Assembly (NCBI GenBank): GCA_030390025.1
Contig: CM059437.1
Location: 76,944,001-77,008,000 of the forward strand
DNA from: Squalus acanthias
Taxonomy: Eukaryota
Length of the DNA: 64,000 bases
Direction of reading: 5' to 3'
The translations under genes and the position numbers were made by a program. Below are positions 12,911-26,747 of the stretch, piece by piece. The stretch's first letter is position 1. Every line of letters starts with the position of its first letter. A model generated the notes under the pieces. It saw nothing but the letters and a program-made list of their open reading frames with translations, searched no databases and was not told where the DNA came from.

Positions 12911-13677
12911 GGCCCAGAATTTGCTGGAGCAGGGCATCATGGCGTGCCCGGATAGTTAGACTTTCTCCTGCACCCTTCAGCTCAAAAATGTTTTCCCCTG
13001 TAAGCTGCTGGAAGTACGAGCTGATAACGGCACGGCGAGGGCAACAGGGTATCTGGGACCTTGGTGAACGATGGGACCAACGGCGTATCTCCTTAACCAA
13101 TGAGATTTAAGGGTTGAGAAATAAACAGAGGAAGGATTGAAAGGGAGGGTGAATTAAAGGGGGTGAATTCAATGTCAAATCAGATACAGAAAGAGAAATA
13201 GAGAGGGAGAAAAACATTGGATTAAGAGAGAGAGAGAAAAGAGACAGAAAGAAAAAGTTTTTAAAAATTAACTTAAAATTTGACATTTTTTAATGTCTCC
13301 AACAACAATTCACTACCTGAAGGAATGAGACTCCACACTTTTAATTGTTCACTTTCTGGACCAGAGAGGTTGATTATTAACAATTATCACGTCATTAAAA
13401 GGGTACTTGCGCTATTAATTACTAGTCTTAACTTTCTGTGGCAAGATTACCGGCCAATTAATGTGCAAATTCAGCAACTTCATGAAACTCATGGGGAGGT
13501 TAAGTGCAAGATGTCGTTTATGCAAAGTGGAGCGGTGCATATCATCCAGCAATTTGTGGCAATTCGCAATTTGCAATTCATGGGGTATCTTTTCCTCGCC
13601 ACACGTTGCTGACTGATTTGCACATTAATAACGACGTGCTTTGTTCTCACGCCATTATTTTTTCAGAAAATTCCGCC
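12911..13677. mobile_element. Related MITE-like copy
   Basis: ggcccagaatttgc...gaaaattccgcc; shared internal motifs with 44125-44849. Confidence 0.55.
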
Positions 13678-13974
13678 TTATATGTTTCATTCAGTCTGTT
13701 TCTCTGTTGTTATTCATTGTTCACTGTGTTTCTCTTCATTTGCAACTTGGGTCTCTATCTTTCTCTTCCACCTCTTTACTGTAAACGTTCTGTATTCGGA
13801 AGGAATCATTAAAAATGGAGTCCAGCCTATTAGCACAGCCATGGATCACGGGTACACAAGTTTCACTCCTTCACTTCAGACTTCATTACAATCTGCCTTT
13901 TGCTTTGATAATAAGTCTGCATGTCCCTATAAATGTCCCATATCTGTTGGGTATTGAAGCAAAATTTATAAAAG

Positions 13975-14393
13975 AAGAAAGCAAGATTTCTATTTGTATA
14001 GCACCTTATGTCATCAGAACATCTCAGAGCACTCACACCGTAAATTGTGAGTGCAGTAACTATTATGTGAGTAAATGTGGCATTCTGTACCAGAAACATA
14101 CCACAGACAGCAATAAGATAAATAACCAATCATCCGTTTTCAGCTGCTGTTGGTTGAGGGATGAATGTTGATCAGGTCACTAGGAGAATGCGGTGCTTTT
14201 CTTTGAATAGGGATCTTTAACATCCATCAGAATAGGCAGACAGGACTTTAGTTTAAGGACTCGATCACAGAATGGCACCATTGTCAATGCAGTAATTCCT
14301 CTGTAATGCATTCTAGTGTCAGCCCACATTGTGCACTTAAGTTCTGAAGTGAGGCTTCAAACCCACAACCTTCTTACTCCAACTGAGCCAAGG
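13975..14393 (-). mobile_element. Degenerate Deu-domain SINE
   Basis: Colinear with 3010-3476. Confidence 0.65.
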
Positions 14394-17169
14394 TAATGGC
14401 ATGGTTTGAATTATTTAGCGGGGAGCCTGTGCTGAGAAAAGCAAAATGGTGTAAAACATTTTTCAAAAGGTGCAGATTTGGCTGGACACAAATCGAGGTC
14501 CGAAGGTAAGACTTTATTTATGCATCAGGAGGCCTGGCCTGGGCTACTGTGAGACAGTGCCACTCCTTCCAAACATCAAATTTGTGCTTCATGTCTTCAT
14601 TCAAAGCATAGTTTTAAACTGTAAGACTACAATTCTGCTCATCATGCCAACATCAAACTTTGACATTTAACATTGGGTACTTTTGGTAGCCATGGTTATA
14701 CCTTTTCAGATTTTGCTTCACACCAGCAATGTAGTGTAAACACAGCGTGAATCCAGAGACAGGGCCCAACGTGATACCACATCAAAGAGGAGTGAGACTC
14801 CCGTGAGGTGGTCTCACTCCACTTCACTTTGGAGTCAGTTTCGGCCTTGAGGCCCAATTTACACTCGCATGTTTAGCATTGGTGCAAACCAAAAGATACT
14901 TCGCACCAATGCTGAAATGCTGAACTTGTAGTGGGAGTGTGCTGTGACATAATAACCTGTGCGGAATAACCTGTCTGACCTGGAGGCCAGTTAATCATAT
15001 CAGGTTTCGACGGGTACCACAGGTTTTGTTGTTCAGTCTATCAGAATCATGTTTCCAAAGCTCTTAGTATCATTAGCCGATGCCAAAGGAAGCGAATTGT
15101 TGTTCCAGATCATCAATTCCAATTGAAGTTATCAAAGGTTATTTCAGTGCAGAGCTGAACATGGTGTTTGTAAACTATATCAACACTTCAAATCATGTAA
15201 AGCTAACAAAAGTTTAAAAGGATCCGAATGGAATCCAAAGAAGGGATGAGTTTGTTGTCTTTTGTCCGCTCATCTTTTTGTTTGTATTTTGCTAGTAATA
15301 AATTATCGAGTGTTATGTCTTATGCACCTCATGGCATTAGATTCTTGGCACATAGCTTATTTTACATGGAACTATTATAAGCATTACTCATCAACCAGTG
15401 CAGGCTGGGTTTTGGCACCATTTACTTTACTTTGCTTAATTATTTGTGTGTCACAATCTTTATAAAGGGCTACCTCGTTCAAGAAAAGTTTCTGTTCTTA
15501 ATCCTAATGTAGTTAAAGCTGCATGCCACCCTCCTGTTGCCATGGATTTATTCTGATTGCCTTTAATTCTGATTGATTCCAGTAATATGATCAAAATCTC
15601 CGATGATTTGTTAGCATTAATACCTAAGGGTATTTTTGGCTGTAGATTCTGTGTGATTTATTTGTGATGGCTGTTCACAGCAGTAAAGCACGAGCTCAAC
15701 TAATGTTTTTAAGGAAGCACAGTCTTCATTGTCAGGGAAAGATAAAAGCCACAACAGTGCCACCCCTGTGTCGATACAAAGACATTATCTGAAAGTGATG
15801 TAAGGACATTTTCAGGATTCACTGGATGTTAATTATATCATCATATCACTGTCTCTGGTAAAATCTGATGAAGGTTTACCATTATCTGTTTTCAATAAAA
15901 ATATCTTTTTCTAATATCATGTAATGCACCAACAATGTAACAGGTAAGGTTCAATGTGTATAATTTTCCATGGAATAGCAGGAATGGTCACACAATGTCA
16001 GTGTACCACAGCAATTGTTGCTACGGTTGCAATTTTTCATATTATTAATTATGCAGACTGATATGGCATGAAATGTGCAGTTCTGGTTTATATACATTCG
16101 AGCTGAAATCTGACCGTGGTATCCAGGGTTAAAGTGGGGTCTACCCATTTGAATATTGCTGGCGGGCGCCTGTACCAGTATGGGTGGGATTTGTGTGCCC
16201 ACTTGGGTGTGGCGTGGGGGAGGCGGGGAGCAGAAGAAGCAGCACGGGCAAGCTGCACAAAGGCAGCTTCCAAGAACCTTAACATGTTGTCAATTGACCC
16301 CCTATATATAAGAACTGATTTTCCTTGATGTAGTCCTTGGTTGTCCTCCCTGGACCTGGACAACCAAGAAAACCAGAAAACTGTGTGCAAAGGAGGCAGG
16401 AGCCATGGGAATTCTTGAAGCCCCACCTTGTCATAATGTCATAGATAGAGTCATAGAGTTATACAGCACAGAAAGAGGCCCTTTGGCCCATCGTGTCCAT
16501 GCCGGCCATCAAGCTCTGTCTATTCTAATCCCATTTTCCAGCACTTGGTCCGTAGCCTTGTGTGCTAATGTCATGGGCCTTCTGGGGGTTGATGTGACCT
16601 CTGCCCACCTCAGGCCCCGATGCCCAGCAGAAACTTGGCTTAGCTGCTCTTGTGTGTGAAAAGTCAGTGTTTATGGATCCTCCTCAATTTTCCACCCTCT
16701 TTCACCAGCTTTACCCTCATATTGTTCCCCAAGTCCCAAGGAAACTCAGGGCCATTCTATTAATTATGTATATTTTATGGGCTGGCACTTCCTTATAAAA
16801 TGATATCTGTGTCTTTAAATTAGTTCTGGAACACCATTGTATTGATTTAATCAATATATAGAACATCAAATCCTATAGACAGTAAAATTAGCAATCATGA
16901 CTGAGAATAGGATGAGCATGAACCTGAACTTTGTACTTGGTTCACTCCACATTTGGCTCATGTTGTGTTTTCCTGCATGCTTGTGATTGCTGGGGTTTTG
17001 AAAGGTGGCGGTGCTGTAATAGAGATGGGCTGGTGCTGGTGCATCATTTACCACTTCAAGGGGTGTTTTTTCTCCACAGCGCCAAAGGCACAGAGGCAGC
17101 CAGCAGCAAACAAGGGTGGTTGCATGTTTCCATTTATAGCAGGAGGATAGTTGAGTTCCCAATGCTATT

Positions 17170-18190
17170 CCTTCCTATTTCTCATCTACATGCTGCCCCT
17201 TGTCGAAAAAACATCAGTTTCCAATTGTACGTTGACGACACCCAGCTCTACCTCACCACCACTTCTCTCCACCCCTCCACGGTCTCTAAATTGTCAGGCT
17301 GCTTGTCCGACATCCAGTTCTGGATGAGCAGAAATTTTCTCCAATTAAATATTGGGAAGACCGAAGCCATTGTTTTCGGTCCCCGCCACGAACTCCGTTC
17401 CCTAGCCACTGACTTCATCCCTCTCATTAACATCTGTCTGAGGCTGATCCACATTGTTTGCAAACGTGGTGTCATATTTGACCCTGAAATGAGCTTCTGA
17501 CCACATATCCGCGGCATAACTAAGAACGCCTATTTCCACCTCCATAACATCGCCCGTCTCCGCCCTTGCCTCAGCTCATCCGCTGCTGAAACCCTCATCC
17601 ATGCCTTTGTTACCTCTAGACTTGACTACTCCAACGCACTCCTGGCTGGCCTCCCACATTCTACCCTATGTAAACTTGAGGTCATCCAAAACTCGGCTGC
17701 CCGTGTCTTAACTCCCACCAAGCCCCGTTCACCCATCACCCCGGTGCTCGCTGACCTACATTGGCTCCCAGTTATACAACGCCTCGATTTCAGAATTCTC
17801 ATCCTTGTTTTCAAATCCCTCCATGGCCTCGCCCCTTCCTATCTCTGTAATCTCCTCCAGCCCACAACCCCCTGAGATATCTGCGCTCCTCTAATTCTGC
17901 CCTCTTGAGCATCCCTGATTATAATTGCTCAACTATTGGTGGCCGTGCCTTCTGTTGCCTAGGCCCTAAGCTCTGAAATTTCCTAAACATCTCCGCCTCT
18001 CTACCTCTCTTTCCTCCTTTAAGATGCTCCTTAAAACCTACCTCTTTGACCAAGCTTTTGGTCACCTGCCCTCATTTCTCCTTATGTGGCTCGGTGTCAA
18101 ATGCTTTGTCTTATAACACTCCTGTGAAGCGCCTTGGGATGTCTTATTATGTTAAAGGCGCTATATAAATGCAGGTTGTTGTTGTTATTG
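17170..18190 (+). mobile_element. L2 LINE 3' portion
   Basis: [36 protein letters not shown]; tail ctatataaatgcagg(ttg)n. Confidence 0.9.
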
Positions 18191-18489
18191 TCATTGCTGG
18201 CCTATATAAAAGTAAAGTTGTGACTGTGACTCTTAAACAACTGCATGTGCAAAGTCTTTCACATCTGCAATAGTTTTTGTGCTACTGTTGGTGCTCTGAA
18301 GTCCACCACAGAGTTCTTTGTTTTTGTCAGCTGGGTGTCTGATGTGCATGAAAACAGATCACCAAGGCCACCAACCAGATTACTGAGAAATCCACAAAGG
18401 GAGAGTTTCCGTTTACCAAAAGTGGAGTGCACACGCACTCTCCCAGTAGAGAGCCACCAGAGAGCTTAGGCACAGATTGGTAAGAATCA

Positions 18490-19150
18490 AGGTTTAGGTA
18501 CTCCCAAGTCTGTACAGAGGTACTGCTGGAGTTTAACCAGAGCACTAGTAAACTTCCAGCTTCTTGTCCAGCCAGGACTACCCTGGATACTAGGGCATTG
18601 GCTAGCAGGGTAATGTGGAGATGAATCCCAGCTCTCAGTGACAGATCTACCCCTCCAGGCCTCATTAATGAACCCGGCTGGCTGGTCAATTATTAACTGT
18701 GCCACAAAGTGTGGCACCCAGCCAGGCTGGGATATTGCATTACTAAATGTGCTGCAGAAATGCTGACTTGGTTCAATCTTCCAACAACAGGTGTGCCATC
18801 CTAGATCCATTGTGACCCCATAAAGAAGCCGCCTGTCTCACTCCAAGGTGGATAATTGCTAGTTGCTCATTAGACAACTGATAAGTGCAGGTTTGGGCCC
18901 TTGCTAGGTGAACAGTAAGTAACAGGAGTGGCATGTGAGGCTGACTCCCCTTCTGGGGTGCTTGGCGACAGAGCTCTCTCAGAAACAGTTTCCCCTTTTT
19001 GCCACAAGTCCACTTCACAGCTTGGTTCTGCATCATGCATGTGGAGCAAATGAAAACCTCCTGTTGCATATCTAGGAATTCTGAATCAAGAAGAAGAGCT
19101 ATTTGGACATTTGTCGTGTACACCACAAGCTTAATCTCTATTGGCACTTT
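18490..19150 (-). pseudogene. Probable decayed LTR-retrotransposon (Gypsy-like) integrase
   Basis: Minus-strand CSTC (zinc finger-like) upstream of LIIDQPAGFINEAWR...SSPHYPAS, resembling SDQG..F.S..W...SSPHYPxSNG. Confidence 0.45.
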
Positions 19151-21355
19151 CTTCTTTCTTCGTAGACAGCAAAACACCAAAGTTCCCTTCACCCCTTCTC
19201 AGCATGGTCCTGTATCCAGGCTGAAGTTGGCATCCATCAGGACCTCAAGGGACTGATAGGAATCAATGGTTGGGACAGATGTTCCATGTATCTTCTGATC
19301 AGTACCTTTTGAGATCCCCCTCTTGAACTGTTCAAAGCCATAATACCACACCATAGCATCCTGTTGGTTAGCCCATTGTTTGAGTTGGTAAGTGGACTGT
19401 GCTGGATCTCCAGCAGAGTCTGTCAACAGCAAAATATGGCATTGAAGCACAAATTCCAGAAAAAAGGTGCAAGAATTGGCTATTTAATCCCATAGTTTCT
19501 AGCTGCTCCATGAGGGTCACATAAAATACTAGGTTGAAAGCTTTACAATATAAACGGTTCTATATAATATAAACCATCCCTCATTTATTCACCGGAGTAC
19601 AGCCTACGTCAGGATGAAGAAACTACCTTGATGCAGTGGAGGAGCTAGGGTTGGGTCACAACTCAGTTACACATTAATTTGAGGATAAATAATGCAGACT
19701 ATTTGGTGCAAATTTGGATCTCCTGTATTGTACCTTGATGCCTGTAAATTCGGAGTTTGTTCACTAGAAAACAAAATGCAAGTGTGTATGCTAGGAGTCA
19801 GTTGTGACAGTTCCATTCCAGGGGGAGTCAAATGCTTTTGTTAAGTTACACAAATTGAGAGGGTCTGAGCTGAATATCACATTCAGAGACTTGGTCATCC
19901 CGAAAAATGACTAGCATTTAACTAGAAATTTGACACCAAGCTTGCATTTTTAATGAACTGCCATCAAACCAATCAGGTTTAGCTTGTTGCCTTGGAAACG
20001 ACATCTTTTCCCATGCTAAAGACCACAGGCATCTCTGGAGCCTGAACATTAGCTGAAATTCTTTAAATCAATTCTCAAGTATTCCGAACACAAACAGGAG
20101 AAGGCACAGATTGCTTGTTAAACACCTACAGCGCATCAGGTCTTGGCCTTTCACACTGAGGCTTTGCGTACAAGGTTGTGTGGGATGTGCATCCCAGAGG
20201 AGCCACGTAATCAGCCACACTTAAAAGTATCTCCATGAACAGCATGCACTGACATTTAAGATTATTGTACACCGTGTACTTTGTGGGTTTAAGTTGCACT
20301 CCATATTAAATAAAAAGGTTACTACTGCCGCAACACATACTAGAATTTGGTGAAAAATTGTAACACAACTCTTCTCTCAACATGCTTTTCTCCCTTCCAC
20401 CAGCCACCCCACTCCACCCCACCCCCAGCTCCATGGGATCTTTGACTTCAGTAAGATAAGGGGGAGTAGTAGCAACCTTGACTTTGGTTGGGTACTATTT
20501 CACTTCCATGTAATTTGTTTCATTGAATTAAAAAGTGGTCAAGGTATTGTCATTCACTGGCCCGTTTATATTGCAAATGGGAGGTGTGTTGGGGAGGTTG
20601 GCACAATGACACAACATATTGGTGATCCAGTGAGCTGGGCCATGCAGTGATGGGGTTCATATTCACTTCATCACGCACGGTGAATTCCCAATCTCAGTGG
20701 TGCTGTTAGGGTGCAGCACTGCATAGAGTTCAGCTGCATCCTCACAGGAAGGAAGAAGATAAAAAGTCAGAGGATGAGTCACCCCCGAGATTCTTTCACA
20801 TATTTGAGGTTCAGCTGTGGCATAAATTTGCAAACAGGTCACCTGGTGGCCCCCATCACCAGGAAAGGTACACAACCAAGTTACCTAAAGGAAGAGGAGG
20901 AAATTTCATTTTTAAATTATTAATGTCTCTGAGGAGCATTTTATTCATAATTTACGAGGGCAAGCTACTTGCTTAACCTATGTATTAAAATTGATATGTG
21001 TTGTCATCTATTACATGTTAATTTTGTCCACACCCTTGTTACATTTGTAATTCTAAATGACTCCTGTTGAGCATTTAGCCTTTTGTCACATATATCAGTC
21101 ACAAAAACCCGATTCCCTCTTCAAAAGCTTGGTGTGAGTCTGCCTGCAGTTCCATACTCCGGCCACTGGGTGCTGCTGTAAAGAAAAAATGTATAGCTCT
21201 GATTCGCCACCATATTTGTTTTCAACTGTAACAGGTAGGTAGTTTAGTTGAAGTGTTTATATTTCATATTTTTCAGTGTACCTTTTTACATTTTAACTTT
21301 GGTCCCTTTCATGTCTCCTCCATGCCCTCAACAATTTCCAGTCATTTTGTTTTAG

Positions 21356-21612
21356 GTGTCAGCCTTGGCTCAGTGGTAGCACTCTTACCTCTGAGTCAGA
21401 AGGCCAATAGCTTCAAATCCAGCTCCAGGATTTGTGCTCATAATCTAGGCTGACACTTCAGTGCAGTACTGAAATTAAACTGAGGCCCTGTCTGCCCTCT
21501 CGGGTGGATGTAAAAGATCCCACGGCACTAATTCAAGGAAGAGCAGGGGAGATCTTCCAGTGTGCCTAGTCAACATTGATTCCTCAACCAACATCACTAA
21601 AAACAGATTATG
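21356..21612 (+). mobile_element. Deu-domain SINE (5' part)
   Basis: gtgtcagccttggctcagtggtagcactct head, then aaactgaggccctgtctgccctct Deu core. Confidence 0.7.
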
Positions 21613-21985
21613 AGAGAGAAATTCAGACACCTGGAGAGAGAGAGTGAGTGAGTGTTCGGACTCACAAGGAAAAAAGTTTAGATACTGAGGGAGAGAGAGG
21701 TGTTCAGATGCATGGTGATAGAAACATTCAGACCCAAGGAGAGGGGGACGTAGAGTGAAAATCAGACATTAAGAGATAGCGGTTCAGACACACAGAGAGG
21801 GAGAGAAAGTGGCAAAGAAAGATATAGAGGGACTTTCAGCCACTGTAGAGGCACAGAAATAGAGAGAGGTAAAACAGATACACAAGGGATGGTGAGAGGG
21901 TCAAAAGCACATGCAGAGTTTGAGAGAAGAGAACCACAAGCACACACAGGCAGAGAGCGAGAAAAGAGAACCAGAGGCACAGGCT
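21612..21985 (+). repeat. GA-rich low-complexity tract
   Basis: Degenerate (GA)n / agacac units. Confidence 0.6.
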
Positions 21986-23332
21986 AGAAATGGGACTGGC
22001 TTTGGTTATTTACGGCCATGGATGAACTTGTGTGAGTGGAGCCACCCAGTGGGACGTGCTTAAAAAAATATGAAAATGAAATCACTTAACTCCAGAGCTT
22101 CAAGATTTTGCTCCAACTGAATTAGATGTGCCCTCCCCTGTAGAAGAATCAAAATCAGAGTGCCTGAGGCTGATGAAAGAAAGGCTGTAACTACAGGCTC
22201 ATTTAGATTACAGCTTGGTGCCAAATGGGTCCTGGAAGAGCAATGTCAAAATAGCCTCCTGATTGATGGCATTGCAGTAATATAAAAGCATGAGACATAC
22301 CCCATGGCAGGGGAAGCTCTCCTTCGATATATATGCCAGTGGTAGCAGCTTTGACAGTCAGACAGTAAGGCAAGGTCACGCTACAAGTGACTGATTGATA
22401 GATTGTCTGTTTCAAAATGTAACCATAGCTAAGAGATTTTTAATCTAAATATAATCTGTGGTCATTTTTGGCATCGGAAACTCCTGTCAAAGGGCCTCCC
22501 CATTCTTTTATTTTTGAATTTTACTTGTTCAAAATAGTTTATGAAACAAATGCTTAGAATTCTGTGTTTCATTCTCAAAATAGATGGAAAGTCATAAATT
22601 GGCTTGTAACTTGTCTCTTCCAAATCTTTAGTGTCATCTGTTTTGCTATTGAAGTCATGGGTAGCCTGGGGAGAGAGTCAATGTGACAAATGCTGTTCTT
22701 TCAAAACCTCTCCATCCTCTCACCTAGGAAATTCACCATTGACTCAATACAATTGCTACATGTTATTATAAGAGATCCTGAAGACCAAGAAGTCCATTGC
22801 CTCTGTGCTGAAGGGCTCTAACTAGAAAATTAAACTTTGTACACACACTAGCTGATCCATTGCCCACCTAGTTGTCCCTGGGATTTGAGTGCAGATGCTA
22901 ACCTTCCAGACGTTTCTGTAAATGCCACTTCCTATCCTCTGGTAAAATGGCATCACCAGCACAAGAACATGCAATGTGCCCGATTGTTTTCCCTGTCATT
23001 GGTGAAGCAACATTGAAATAATTGTCCACCCAATGTTGTTCATTGTGTTTACCTTGCTGTGCCATGGAATGTCTTTAAAAAATAAATTTATATAGAGCCT
23101 TTCACGACTTCAGGACATCCCAAAGCATTTTACAGCCAGTGACGTACTTTTTGAAGTGGAGTCACTGTTGTAATGTGGGAAACGCGGCAGCCAATCTGCG
23201 CACAGCAAGCTCCCACAAACAGCAATATGATAATGACCAGATCATCTGTTTTTAGTGATGTTGATTGAGGGATAAATATTGGCGAGGACACCGGGGATAA
23301 CTCCCCTGCTCTTCTTCAAAATAGTGCCATGG

Positions 23333-23573
23333 TGTTGAGGCTGCCGCGAAACACGAATTAAGGCTGAATCCATGTGCGGAAAACAAGAGACTTTTTTAAT
23401 ACAACTGCATGGTACAAAATGGCTGAACAGAAAGCTCCCAGAATTCTCTGGAAAAATCCTGAGGCCCCGCCCACTCCTGCCCTAAAGGTAAGGTGCCTTA
23501 AAGGGAAGGTGCTCGATATATTGTCCACGGACGGAAGAGTGGATTATGCCCGTTTAGGTGGCGATCCGCCACA
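23333..23573 (-). mobile_element. 241-bp solo-LTR-like insertion inside a Deu-SINE
   Basis: TGT...ACA termini; 4-bp TSD ATGG (23329-23332, 23574-23577); host SINE rejoins as atagtgccatgggatcttttac; strand inferred only from a minus-strand ATTAAA. Confidence 0.7.
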
Positions 23574-24039
23574 ATGGGATCTTTTACGTCCACCTGTGAT
23601 TTAGAACTGCCTGATAGTGCAGTGTCTGTCTGGAGTGTCTCAGAGAAATTTGTATTTTCATGTTTGGCAAGATGCTTCTATCACATTTTGCCAACCAGGT
23701 GCAGCAACTTCACCCAATCTCAGATTACATGCCGGTGGCATCATCGGCAATAGGAATTATTCAGCTGGGTGAAGCAATTGAACCTTGGTGTGAGTAGAGC
23801 TACTTTTATATTGCGCTAAGACCTGTGCTGGTGGTGCTAGCTCATAGGTCTTGTACGCCGGCTGTAGTCTGCAAGTAAACTTGCCAGGATTTGTTAAGCT
23901 GTACTCGATCTTCAAGGGAAGCAGTCATAGCGAATCCTGACAAATTTACTTGCGGTCGGCTGCGTGAGACCCGGGTGTCAGGATTCAGCTCCACCAGCAC
24001 AGGTTTTAGCGCAAGGTAAAAGCAGTTAAAAAACATAAG

Positions 24040-24808
24040 GGCCCGGATTTTGCGGTGGTAATGAAGGCACAACTGTCAGCGTTCACCGTCATTACCCCTC
24101 TGAAACTGACCGCAACTTCAGGATTTAGTGCACATGCAGATAAACACGGAAATTCTGAAGTTGTGGTCAGTCATTCACTGCTCCGACATGGGTTGCGCTG
24201 TGGAACTCCCCATCGGTGGTAATCAATTGAAATCACACTGAAGGACGAAAACTTCCCCTTTTACGCTGGAATATCGCTGTTAAACTCCCCCCACCACTGA
24301 AAAAGTTAAGTCTTGTTGAAAGAGGTGTAACTGGGTTTTTAATGGCATATTGACTGCTGAACAACCATTCTGGCCCTGAAAAACTAATTTTATATTTGTG
24401 GAATGTCAAATTTCTCCATTAATATGATTAAGAATTACATATGTTTTTAAAATAATATATATTTTTTCAAGTTTGCTTACGATATTTCAGCTTCTACCTT
24501 AATCCTATCTGTATGTCCCAATCTTTATTTCGCTTTCTGTAAAATTTATGAAAAGTACATTAGAATCTGTGCCTTTTACTTCCTTTTTTGCTGTCTGTGA
24601 GAATTCTTTAATGTGATTGGCTGCTTAGCCAGCTTGATGACATCACTGTTGCTGGACACTGGAGATTCGCTTGATTTGGCGCCAGATTCAAACAAAAGTC
24701 GGGAGAGCTGAAATCGACACCACAGAGATCACTAGATTTTTGTGGGCTGCTTTCTTCGAGGTCAGCGGCGAGCACCATCGCTTCGCTGCCAACCACAAAT
24801 TCCGGGCC
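24040..24808. mobile_element. MITE-like element (GGCC-terminal family)
   Basis: TIR ggcccggattttgcggt / accacaaattccgggcc; internal hairpin ctgaccgcaacttcag...ctgaagttgtggtcag. Confidence 0.7.
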
Positions 24809-24989
24809 ATTAATTTTTAGGAACAGGAAAAGACCATTAAGCCCAGAAAGTCCATCCCTTGACCAGACTTAACTAATCCCCTCCTCATATATCCCTGGAT
24901 CCCCTCTCGCTCCAGAAACACACCTAATTACTTCTTGAACACACTCATACAATCCGTTTCCAAAACATTCCCGGCAATAAGCATTTATT

Positions 24990-25733
24990 GGCCCAAAAAT
25001 TCATCCCGGTGCGCGAGAGTACGCACTGCGTACTCTCGCGTATTCCCTCTGCAATTGCCGGTTTTCTGCATGCCCTGCGCATGCGCTGAAAACCGGCAAT
25101 TGCTCTTTTGAAAAGGGGGCGGTTCCTCGGTGCATCGCGTGCGCGCTACAGGCTGCGCGCACGCTGTGCACTTCATGCTTTGGACGCGCAGGTAAGTACT
25201 GAAGATTTTAGAAATGGAAAAAGGAGGAGTAAGACCCACTTTTAACAAGGTAAGTAGTGAATTAAGTATTTTTTTGAATTTTTTTTAACAGGTATATCTT
25301 TTTTAGAGACTTTAAAGACAGGTAAGTTTATTTTTATAACTTTTTAAAAGATTTTAAATTTTTTCAAAAATTTAATTTTTTATTTAAAATGGTTAATTTA
25401 TTTAACTATACTTATTTTATTAATGTGATGGTTTTTAAAAAAAATTTAATTGAGGTTTAGCTGTTATTTTGGGGGGGTGTAAGATTCATAGATTTCACAG
25501 CACGTATGTGAAACTTATGAATGGAAGATGGTGTGCTGCCATTGGCTCTAACTGAGTCACGTGATCCCACAGCTCGCACGAATTCACTACGCCGGTGGGA
25601 TACGCAAGCACTGCCCGGCTGATGTCTGGAACATCAAGTTCGTGCGAGCTGGATCTGAAAAAGCACAAGCGAGGTGAGAGATCGCGGGGAAGGCTTACCC
25701 CCGCGGGAACAGAGCGAGATCAATTTCTGGGCC
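24990..25733. mobile_element. CpG-rich MITE-like element
   Basis: TIR ggccca(a/g)aaatt at both ends; internal perfect palindromes; AT-rich centre; TSD not clean. Confidence 0.65.
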
Positions 25734-26709
25734 AATGTGTGTGTTAAGTCAGTGGTGTAGCCTGTCTAAGATACTAGGGGTGAATTTCCTCGGAGCTTCT
25801 CCCATTCCGTTACTGCAACTTCGGCAGAAATTCCGTTTACATGCACAAACGTGGTTTCCACCAAAGTTACGGTGGTAAGAGCATTATCACGTTAAGCCAG
25901 TTCCTGTTAAGTGGATGATCTGTTTATTTTAAGATCTTATTGGGTATACACAGCTAAATGTAAGATGTTTCTATTGCACCTTTGTTTTGCACACTTATAC
26001 AATTATTTTGAGAGCTCCGGTATTATAGACTGTTTATCCAGTACTTTTTGCTGTAGTTTGGTTGCTGGTTACAGTAGTTGCCGGGACTTCTGCTTGTGTG
26101 ATTGCCAGCCTGAGATTTTCCTGTTCATTAAAATGCGCAGGGAGAAAGTCGCATCAGTGAAAACCCTGGACGGTGATGCATTCTCCTATATAGTAGGTGT
26201 CGTGCAGCCTGTAAATGTAACGTCCCATTAAATAACCTGGCATTCGTGCTTGAGCAGGTAAAACCTTCCTGGAAAGCTGGTGGGTAGCAAAAATAAACAG
26301 CTTACGTCTGTGGTATTTGGCCTCAGATTGCCGCTTCGGAGTCTGGCCATTAGTGAGCCTGCTCTTACAGAACAGAATGAACTTTCAACATTGTGAGCCT
26401 GTGCACGCTTCCTTCAGTATCAGAGAATTGGCCAGACTGAGAAAGCTTATGGCATGTATGGCAAACGTGCATGCGCAGTAGCGTTAAAGCTATAATCACA
26501 ACTTTGGAGAAACTACATATGATGGGACAGGGTATTTAGAAAGAGACTGGCCGCGGGGGCTGGAGTGCATCGTCACCCCGGACTACCAAATTTTAATTTG
26601 ATTTGTTAAGTTTCCTTTAAAGTTTTATTTAGTTACAGATAATTGATTGGTTTACATTAAAAGAGAAGTCGCACAACACCAGGTTATAGTCCAACAGATT
26701 TATTTAATT

Positions 26710-26747
26710 TTACAAGCTTTCGGAGCTGTCGCTCCTTCGTCAGGTAA
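26710..26747 (-). ncRNA. Minimal type I hammerhead ribozyme in the 3' pseudo-LTR
   Basis: Minus strand reads TTAC-CTGACGA-A-GGAGC-GACA-GCTCC-GAAA-GCT-T-GTAA: both core boxes, 5-bp stem II, palindromic AGCT stem III, TTAC/GTAA stem I. Confidence 0.85.
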
